Shown here: in pieces, positions 12,909-22,798 of the stretch
Layout: the number at the start of each line of letters is the position of its first letter
Position numbering within the stretch: position 1 is the first letter of the stretch
From: Nemertoderma westbladi
Lineage: Eukaryota > Animalia > Xenacoelomorpha
Direction: 5' to 3'
NCBI GenBank assembly: GCA_032718475.1
Contig: JAUCBJ010006945.1
Span: forward strand, 1 to 37,902
DNA: 37,902 bases
The notes under the pieces: generated by a model
The model's input: the letters and a program-made list of their open reading frames with translations, nothing else
Database searches by the model: none
Told to the model about the DNA's origin: nothing
Position numbers and translations under genes: made by a program

Positions 12909-14106
12909 GGAAGCAGGACAATTCGGTCCCGGACAATTCGGTCCGGACAATTCGGTCCCGGACAATTCGGTCCCGGACAATTCGGTCCGGATAATTCGGT
13001 CCCGGACAATTCGGTCCCGGACAATTCGGTCCCATTAATTTTATGTTTTGGGACCGAATTGTCCGGCACCGAATTGTCCGGATACTGACTAGGACAATTC
13101 GGTCCCAAAACATGCATATTAATGGGACCGAATTGTCCGGAACCGAATTGTCCGGGACCGAATTGTAGGGGCCGAATTGTCCGGGACCAAATTTAATTGG
13201 TACTGTACTATATAATGGTGAATGTTCTAGAACCTTAATATATATTATTATATGGTAGCTAGTGTTTTTTTTTGCTAGCTAGTATTTTTTTTAAATAAAA
13301 AAATTTACTTTTTTTTTGTTAACATTATTATTTATGGTAGCTATGGTGTTTTTATGGAGCTTGTGAATTATTTACTAGCTAGTAATAGTATGTATTTAAA
13401 ATGTTTAAAGCTGATTTTTTTTAATATATTGCGTAAGTATACTGTATGTGTTGTTGGCTGGTTAACAAGCCTAAATTATTATCCTAGATATTAGCTGGAT
13501 CTCATTCAGGGACTGTTATAATATCATCAATATTGTTGGTAATTAATATAATCAGCAACAGTTTAGGCCTAATTCTGAAATATCATTGTTTTCACAGGTA
13601 TTTTTATAATTTCAAGGAAATGTTAGCTAGTAAAAAAAAACACTAGCTACATCTTAATAAATAATATATAATAATGTTCTCGAACACTACCAATAACAAA
13701 AATAAAAAAAATACAGTATTTTTAAAATTTCAAAAAATTCTAGCAAGTAAATAACACTAGCTACCAAAACAAATATCTCTACTAATGTTCTAGAACATTC
13801 ACCAATATCAAAAAAAGCACTAAAAAGTTGCTATCAGGAACCGGACAATTCGGTCCCGGACAATTAGGTCCCGGACAATTCGGTCCCGGACAATTCGGTC
13901 CCGGACAATTCGGTCCTAGGACAATTCGGTCCTAGAACTATTCGGTCCCGGACAATTCGGTCCCGGACAATTCGGTCCCATTTATTTAGTGTTTTGGGAC
14001 CGAATTGTCCGGGACCGAATTGTCCGGGACCGAATTGTCTGGACCGAATTGTCTGGGACCGAATTGTCCGGGACCGAATTGTCCGGGACCGAATTGTCCT
14101 ACATCC
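12909..14106. mobile_element. MULE/foldback-type MITE with 15-bp subterminal arrays (GGACAATTCGGTCCC), inside the transposase intron
   Basis: GG...CC termini, a 9-bp TSD TTATTATTT (12900-12908 and 14107-14115), and inverted arrays at both ends. Confidence 0.85.
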
Positions 14107-14426
14107 TTATTATTTCAGTAAGTACCAACCAGTATATACATAAATTTGTAACGTCCGACGTCCATATTTTCATTTCACATTTACACTGACTAATATAATT
14201 ATTTATATATTTATACGTTTCTCGATTTTAGATTAAAATTTTAAAAGTAGCCTACATTCCGAATTTTAATTTCGTATTTACTTTTTTAGTTATTTATATA
14301 CAATATTTATTTACTACAGCATACATTCGTATATCACCAACATACCAACATTATTTATTTATTTATTTACAATATTTATTTACTACATAGTATATATACT
14401 GGTACATTAGTATATCAACAACTTAC

Positions 14427-15537
14427 CAACATCAAGATTTTCGAGAGAAATATTCGGACTGGAATCGATGAAGTCCATTATAGCAGAAGTAACATCAGCT
14501 GATGCTCCTGTCACCGGAGCCACGTGGCCTAAATAGGCAGAGCCAGGTTCCCCAACAAGCACGAAATGCTCTTCTTTAATTATCTGCCGCCCTCCATCAG
14601 TTAGGGTGGGGTCTTTACGTCCATCAAAATACAAGCCAATGGGCTGAATTAAACCGCATCCGATTTGTAGATTTTGTCTAAGTTTCTGCCTCTCTCTTCT
14701 GATCTTATTATGATCAACAATATCTGCCGATGACCCGGAGTCACATATTGCTGAATTGTAAACCGCAGCAGCAGCGCGATTACTAAGATTATACCTATCA
14801 GAGATTTCTGCAACGTTTGTTAGACGAAGTCTTTTAGAAATTGGAGTGGATGTTGTTGGTTGGTATAATATTACCTTCTCCAATGAGTTTTCGCAACAGG
14901 ATAATTCAGAATTTGCTTCATTATTATCGCTATCTGTGCCACTGTCTAAAATAGCACTATCGCCCAGGGATACGCAACTAGTATGGGAGACTCCAGACAT
15001 AGTACGTTCATTACGCTTCCTCCTTTGCGCTCGTATTTTCGATTCAGTAACATCTACCGCATTGGAAATTATCATTATTCGTTGACCGCGTTGATCTAAT
15101 AAGAAGTTTCGTTCACATTCAGGGACTTTGTCGTTCGGCTTACACAGACATTTACTTTCAAAATCGCATTTACAAACGGCCACATCCAATAGTTTAGACA
15201 ATTCCGCTTCATATTTGGCAAACTGTTGTTTGACCGCCAAATTGGTTCTGCGAGAAACGGGAATTTTTTTAAGTTTACGACTACGATCAAAGAGTTCCTT
15301 GATGCGACTACCAAGACGAGTCACCGAGGAAACTGCCGGAATTCCTGCCATTGCCCAAATTTGAAGAACTGAAGCAGCGCAACTACGACATTCCTCGTCT
15401 GTATTTGTGACCCCATTGACTTTCTGCTCGCGCAGAAATATTACATGTTTCATACATTGTAATCCGGTTGGTAAAACCGAGCCCTTTAATTCTAATGAGA
15501 CACCAAAAAAATCATAAGTAGTTTTAGATCGCAGCAT
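14427..15537 (-). CDS. hATm-like transposase exon 1
   Basis: ATG at 15537; LPT..W..AGIP; CKC/CLC; FLLDQRGQR; GLYFDGRKD (first catalytic D); EEH..GEPGSAYLGHV. Phase-1 donor G|GTAAGT at 14427. Confidence 0.88.
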
Positions 15538-16060
15538 AGTAATAATTATTAACAACTAGTTTGACAGATCTAATTTACTCTACGTAAGACACTAGCACAT
15601 TAGTTAGTAGTGAAGTATGAAAAGGCATAGGCCTACCGGTGCACATTACTATTTCGTTTTATGAATAAATCAGAAACGTTTCCGTTTCAAATTTCCCGCT
15701 TAATATTATAATATTGCAGATAAGCCTATTATTTGTTGAGTAAGCGACGACCTACTTTGGTGGCTAGGTGCGGGGGTAGAACATATGTGAAATTGGAAAA
15801 TTATCATTTCTTACACATAACTAATAAACCGTGAATGCTATAAAATATGGGAAAGTTGAAATATCGAAGGAAAAAATTTTCCAAAAAATTAAATTTTCGA
15901 AAAAACGTTCGAAACAAAGTTGGCTCGTGCGGGGGTCAAATGTAAAAATTAAAAGTTTTCATTTGTTTTGTAGTTATTTTTAATAAATTTGGCATCCCAT
16001 TTCTGATAGGAAAACTTTATTATCGAAAATAAATTTTTTTTGACACACCCTAATGTACAT

Positions 16061-16266
16061 AGTGTAATTACGTTTTATATTGGTTTTAGGTTAGCGTAGT
16101 GTAATATTGTATTTGTAACCAAGTAACATAAAGGACCCCCTTGGAAATAAGCTGCAAAGCTTTAGGGGTAATCCTATATGTTATGTTGGACAATACCTTT
16201 ATACCGGTACATTGTTTGGTGTATTTGTTATTGTTTTTACATAATGTATAAATAAATCTATCTATA
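16061..16266 (+). mobile_element. 3' tail of the L2/Crack-like LINE, displaced by the hAT insertion
   Basis: GGACCCCCTTGGAAATAAG...GGGGTAATCC stem-like 3' motif, AATAAA and a short TCTA tail. It continues the UTR beyond the hAT TSD. Confidence 0.6.
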
Positions 16267-16299
16267 TGGATGGTACTAGGATCGGCATGCTGCATTGTA

Positions 16300-16860
16300 G
16301 CTGTATTTTTAAGAATGCTGTGCCGGCTTGTCGACAAAATTGCGCCGCCACAACTCCCTATCACCCATGACATTTGCTAGATCATACGCATCTTCAAGGC
16401 CAGTGTCCTTTAAGATGCGTCTCAAGAAAGTCATGGGCTGTCCACCATGCTTATTCACTCCATGAGGCTGCCAAAGTACAAGATTATGCCCTGGCTGGTC
16501 CTCACGGCGAAAGCAATGTCCTGCAAAGCGGAGGCGATTTTGTTCTAGTGTCAAGCTTGGGGGAACCAATGAGACACCTCCAATGTTATATAGTGTCTGG
16601 TTGGAGATGTGTGCATTGTACTTGACACAGTGAACCCGGCGTAGCATTCTTGTGAATGTGCCATCCAGAGATTTGGTGTCCTCAGCGGTTAGAGCCCAGC
16701 ATGGACTCCCGTAAAGGAGTACTGTAACTACTGCTGCTCTAAATAATCGGACCTTAAGTTTCCGATTAATTATCTGTGACTTCAAAATCCTGGAAAGCCT
16801 ATTCAAGACTGCCCATGCCTTTCCCTTACGTATGCGAAGGTCCTCCCGACTTCCGGATCC
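16300..16860 (-). mobile_element. RTE-clade LINE 3' fragment (RT C-terminus)
   Basis: DLRIRKGKAW..LKVRLFRAAVVTVLLYGS..WALT..LDGTFTRMLR..RLRFAGHCFRR..LVLWQP..DRELWR. Confidence 0.85.
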
Positions 16861-19305
16861 ATGATCCCAGGTAACAGAAGTCGTCCACATGCTCACCATC
16901 CTTTGAGCTTATGCTCATCCGATCAGAGACTTGCTGAGGACTTTCAAAATTGTCAAAATTTTGGTCTTTCTGGAGTTAATATTTTACTATCAATTTCTAA
17001 ATCATTGGCTTAACATCACTTACTGACTTACATGACTGACTTGTGCACTACTTATATTATTGTGATAAGTTTAGTCAGATCCGTTTATTGGATGAGGTAA
17101 TGGACGTCTCTGAATCAGTTGCAGAGAAACGCCAGGGAGCAGTTAAATAAGTGCAGAGAAAAAATGGACCGTGGTTGTTATACAGAGTATTTTAAACAAG
17201 CATATAAAAAGCGGCGCGATAGCGAAAATAAATTCAATAAATAAAAATAAATAAATAATGAAAATAAATAAAAACAATCGTTATATTTAACACGGGGTAA
17301 AAAGAATCGCGTAAAACAAGATTATCGGTTACACAGAAAAATGTTAATGAAAAACTTTTTCTATTTATTGGAAATCATGTAATTAGGTACATATAATTAA
17401 TACATAATTAAGTACATATAAATTAATGGCTGCGATGGTTTTATGGGCAAATATCACTGTTTGTTGCAGATGTGTTTGTCCAATAAATTACCTTCTTATT
17501 GAAGCAATAAGTTATAAAAATACTGCAAAATCCACATAACATAATTACCGTTACAGACGTTTGTCCCATAAATGTCACCACTGTAATGCGTTACAGTGGT
17601 AGATAAAAACGTTACAGATATCACATTAGTTTTTGCCACATATCCCTTTGAGCAGGGCGTCATGCTCTTCCTCTGACTCTACCATCACAAGATTCGCCAT
17701 GAAATTCTCTTTCGAATGGTGTATGGTACTGTATGGCACTAATTTCCGACAAAAATTTTTCGGTCAATTTGTACCCCTTTTTGGCCACTTAAGCTTATTG
17801 ACCCAGCTATTCATACATTAACGAAATGTTCCCAAATATGCCAGAATATGGTGTTATATTAAATAGAATAAAGTAGCCTCGCACAGATGCAAAACCATGC
17901 AACATTTGAACTCCCGTATCAAGCAGCAAAAGCTGCCATCCATCTTGCGAACAATTGTAATTATACTGTGGCTGGTTATATAGGTCTAATTAGGAAATTA
18001 TTTTGTTGCAAACAGCAAAAAAATCTTAAGTTTCATAGTATAAACGTTTCGAATGATGTTTGCACTCTTCCTAATTGGACTTCGGTTTCCCTCAGCTTCA
18101 ACCCTTTATATAGGTCTATTCTGATATTGGCTTCCAACAATATTATGGCTTCCAACACACACAGACTTTTGGAAAACGGCCATAGTATAATTATAACAGT
18201 TCGCTGATGGCTCGCAGTTTTGACTCTCCCCACAGTTATCGTTTCTATTAAAACGCCTTTCACTGTAATCGAAAGTGCTATAGATTATAAATAAATCTTG
18301 AAGTGACTGACTGACAGTTGCATTGCGTACCTTGTTGTACAGTATGTATTATCGAATACCGTTCGTGTTTATTGGTATAAATTACCTTAAAAAAAAGTAT
18401 ATTTTGTTACTCAGTTATTAAAGTATTGGCTTTATAATAATATTAATATTTTATAATTTGAAATAAAAAGGAATTTAATTTGCAATATAAATTTTGTAAT
18501 AAATTGTAAATGCGATCGTCGCACTTATCTAACCTCCAACAAATCTGTCCAGTCCAGTCGCGTTCTCATAAGATTCCTGATTTTCAATAAAGGTCATTGG
18601 TCAGTAAACGTGGCTCAAAGCGTTGCAAAATATTTTTTTTTTATTTCTTGCCGAACCCCAATATATTATATACCATTGGAATCGTCTTTTTGAGCTCTTT
18701 CCAGATCTGGCCAAAATATATAAATATACTCAAGTCTAAAAATTTTATAGGCGAAGTAACGCTAAATGCTATCCAAGGTAGACATCCAAGGTATACATGG
18801 GTTCAAGGTATACATTTTTGTGTACCAAGGTATACATTGGTTAAATTTTCAAGGTATACGTTTTGTGTACCAAGGTATACAATTTGTGTAACAAGGTAAA
18901 CATAGGTTCAATCTTTAATGCATGAGATTTGTGTATCAAGGGTTACGATATTAGTGATTTTGAAAACAAGTGAACAAGGAAGGTAGGCTATATCTGGGGT
19001 CAATATATTCAGTTCAATATTCAGAGTAAACCTTTGTACAGTATGTATTTAAAGTTTCGGGAGACAGATGCACTGTAACTACTTAATTATTGATAGTAAT
19101 TTACATATGTCTGTTTTTTGTATGTGTTGTGTACGACATCATTTGCTATAAACACGACAAATCATTACAAATAAACAAATTAAATATGTTCATTAACTTA
19201 TCACAATAGTTAACTGAAGCCCCAGAAAAGCTGTTCGACTAGTTTGCGTGTTTCATCGCCTCTAAGTTTACATGGTGGTGGGGTGGGGTGGGGGTAGGGG
19301 GTCTG

Positions 19306-20536
19306 TGTAAAAGCTTCTGTGGGATATAACTGGCCCCTTTTGCTTCGCAATCCAGTTTCCCCCAGGCGCTGGAATACTCTAAAAGGTTCTCTAACTGTAT
19401 ATATATTCCCCTCGCCCGCAAGGTACCGTTACAGGTGTTTTAACGGACATAAAAGCCATTCTGCTATATACGTGTTTTGGCGGACATGGTAAGGCAAAAA
19501 ACCTGTAATGCACCAACTACCTTTCACAGCTTAGCCGTGATGATTCATATTACGACATCTAACAGCTGGTTGCTGACATGGAAACAGCCATTGGACGCAT
19601 AGTTCTTTGTTTGGCTTGAGCCAATCAGAGCGATTTTTCCTGTCGACGTGTAGCTTTTCAGCCGATCATAAGGAGAGTGTTCAGTCTTACTGCCTTACTT
19701 GATACTTTGTTGTTATTGCTGTCTAAGCCAGAAACACCGGCTTTTTGGTAAGAACTCTAGTAAACTGCTTAGATTATAGAAAGTATAACTGTTACCGGCG
19801 GTGTTACCTCACTTAATTTAACTGCACTAATCATATTGTTTGTACTGCTATTTACCGTCAGTTATTAATTGTATCTATTTGTTGATGGAAATATTGCTCT
19901 TTGGAGAATACGGATAAATCACCCAAAATTCCCAATTTTCTTGATACACTACAGGTTAGAGAGGCGGGCTATATATAACAATTGCGATTTATATCAATGT
20001 GGTGTGTATTGAATCTAATGTTATTTAGTAGACACTACCTGAGTCAATTGCTGTTCTCTTTATGTGTGATCAAATATACTGACGGTCGGCAGAATAGTGT
20101 GCATGATTGTGAGTGTGATGTGACTGGTAACAAAGCATTTCCTAAAGAATGCGACTTATACTTTAATCATAAGCCTTATCGTTGCGTTTAGTATAAGTCC
20201 TAGCTCTGTTTAAATAGATAGAGCGCCACGTCCTAAAGGAACTGTTAATATTTCCCGAAAGTTAATAATATCTGTCAGAAATTACATATTAGCGATCAAT
20301 CGAATAATACAGTAGGCTTACACTGCAACCTTACACTGCAATAATAAAATCTAAGCATCCGAATTCAGCCTCCCGGGTGTAGATCCATCGGGTGAATGAT
20401 CGCGCATGGGCTGGCTTCGGCTAATGTTTTGCGTATTAGCATAAAATATTGTCATATGCTAAAGGTATGTTAATTAACTAAAAGACATATAAATTTTGGC
20501 AGGTTAAACTGCTAAAGGTCTTCAAAAGCGCGAACA
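19306..20536 (+). repeat. 5' LTR (1231 bp)
   Basis: TGTAAAAGC...GCGCGAACA, a direct repeat of 29960-31192. It contains CCAAT (19621), an Inr-like TCAGTC (19681) and AATAAA (20343-20348). Confidence 0.97.
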
Positions 20537-20917
20537 GTAACAGTTATTTAATCTTATTGCAGTAGGCAATAAGGTTGCAAGTGTAGGCATTAAATACAGT
20601 TTAATACTGTTCTGTCGAACAGTAACAGTTTACAATCTTATTGCAGTAGGCAATAAGGTTGCAAAATACCGTAGTGACTGGTAAAACTGAACCGGTGCTT
20701 CTGTAGGTCAGTAGGCCTAACTGTCATCACCGGTACCGGTACTGCTGTACAAGTACATTTAGTATTATTCGATTTTGATTATTGTATACCGGTAGGTCTC
20801 GATATTAAATCGGGGACGCCTGGTTTTTATTGGGATTTTACTTAGGTCTATTTCTGTCAGTTTTATTTACTAGTAGGCTAATATTGAGCAGAAGGCGTGT
20901 GACCCTGCTCAGATTGT

Positions 20918-21490
20918 TCAGATAATTGTAGGCTGGGCTGCTGTCTGACTGTGTTGAGTTTGGAGAGATTACGGCGTGTGTAGAGTTTGTCTGATAAAGT
21001 GCCGTTAGTAAGTTGGGGCAGCCATATGCTGAAGGTCAATCCCCTCTTAAAGAATAAGTCGTACTACCGTGTTAGAACGCATACTAACTAACAGTTTCAG
21101 AGTCTGCATATACTGTAGTTTATTTAGGCTTGATCGTAGTCTGCCAGTGTTTTAGCCTGTGTTTGTTTGTGTGGTCTGTTCAGGTACCGTAATAGTTATT
21201 ACTCAGATATTTTGTAGGCTGGATTGTTGTCTAGCTATTATTAGGTCTGAAGAGATTGCTGCGTGTGTAGAGTTTGTCTGATAAAGCTCCGTTAGTAAGT
21301 TGGGGCAGCCATAGCGGTAAGGTCAATCCCCTCTTGAAGAATAAGTCGTACTACCGTGTTAGAACGCATACTAACTAACTATTTCAGAATCTACACGTAC
21401 GGTAGTTTATTTAGGCTTGGTGGTAGTCTGCCAGCGTTTGGTTTGTATTTGTTTGAGTATTCTGTACGGGTAGCGTAATATTTATTATTC
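20918..21490 (+). repeat. Two diverged ~285-bp tandem copies in the retroelement 5' leader
   Basis: 20918-21202 versus 21203-21490, with shared blocks such as GTTAGTAAGTTGGGGCAGCCATA and AGAATAAGTCGTACTACCGTGTTAGAACGCATACTAACTAAC. Confidence 0.9.
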
Positions 21491-22798
21491 AGAGTTTATG
21501 CGATTATTCGCAACATTCATGTCCCCAAGTTTATTCCTACAGTAATTGTGTTTGTTACACATACCGTTATAGTTAAACTAACCCCGGTACTACATCAGGG
21601 CTGCTTGGCGTAGGTAAAGACTGACGACTTGGTGCTTCGGTCACTCCAGCAGATGCCGTGGTTCTTTTAACTGTTCAAGTATATTTAACTACTGATTATT
21701 TGTTATACCGGTACTTGTACCTAATTTAGGGTTTAGTGTACAGTGCTTTCCGAAGTAATTAGTGTAGGCAGTATATTCGTGTTGTAAAGTGGTTGATAGG
21801 CACATTCGTTAGCTCTATTAGCTTCTGGGTAGGAACAATCCGTGATACATAACGTAGTACCTATAGCGATACGGTTATAGGTCGTCAGGCGGTGGTATTT
21901 TCCTATCTGGACAGTACAATATATTTACTACTACTTATTATTTTCAAATACCGTAGTACCCTGTTCATTGTAATAACCAGAATTCTAACCCTTTGTTAGG
22001 CTGGTTTGTAGACTTCCTGTAAAATTACCCTAAAAATTTTGTACGTAATATTTTTGTTGTGTTTAATTAGAGAATTAATCTCACCCGTATCGTAAGTAAT
22101 TTGTAGTATTAAGTAACTTAGGTAAATTAGAATTATCAGTTTTAGTGTCTCAATAAGTAACACTTCACTGACAGCGCACAGCTTCTGTGTAGTGATTCCC
22201 CCAGAAATAATAACATTTATTTCAAATATTGACAAAAAACCCATTTAAACGGGTATATAAATATTATAAATCAACTCAAACGATTTATAAATAGTAGGCC
22301 ATACGACAACTAGGTCTCAATATCAGTTGGACTACTGCTTAAATAACGGTAACAAAGTAAGTAACCAAGTAGCCCTAAAATATTCAGAGATTCAATTATT
22401 CTAAAATAATTGACATACCGGTACTCACTATAGGCTTATTATATTTATCTCTATAAATTTGAGCTGAAATCATACCGGTACTCTGTAATTAATTCTAGTT
22501 CATAATTATACTTACATGCTGTAAGTGTAAGCTGTATACCGGTATTCATTATAGGCCTATTATATATTTATATATATTTGTGCTAAAAATTATATACCGG
22601 TACTCTGTGACAAATCTAGTCTGTAATAATACTTATATATATATTATAAGCATACCGGTATTCTAATATATTATATATATATCACGCTACACTGAGTAGC
22701 AGTATCGGTAATTAATTATTAGGCTAACAGTGATACGGAATTACTAGACTTACTTTAACTGTATTTATAGCCGTAGGCATTCAACTGTGTAAACAAAC

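Larger units (their letters stand above)
11105..16052 (-). mobile_element. hAT superfamily (hATm-like) DNA transposon, full length
   Basis: Termini TAGGGTGTGTCAAAAA / TTTTTGACACACCCTA, ~305-bp imperfect TIRs, and a perfect 8-bp TSD ATGTACAT (11097-11104 and 16053-16060). Confidence 0.92.

Noticed and set aside
12848-14189. ORFs with PDNSV/GPNCP/TELSG repeats
   Set aside because: Translation of the 15-bp MITE arrays.
19982-20191. Identical 69-aa ORF in both LTRs
   Set aside because: It has a non-ATG start and no recognisable motif; the identity only reflects LTR identity.
20351-20425. Canonical HDV-like ribozyme in the LTR
   Set aside because: The crossing helices resemble HDV P1/P2 topology, but a paired G1, the UCC-CG-type L3, P1.1 and a properly placed catalytic C could not be matched. 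No hammerhead or twister core was found either. Kept only as an unclassified structure.
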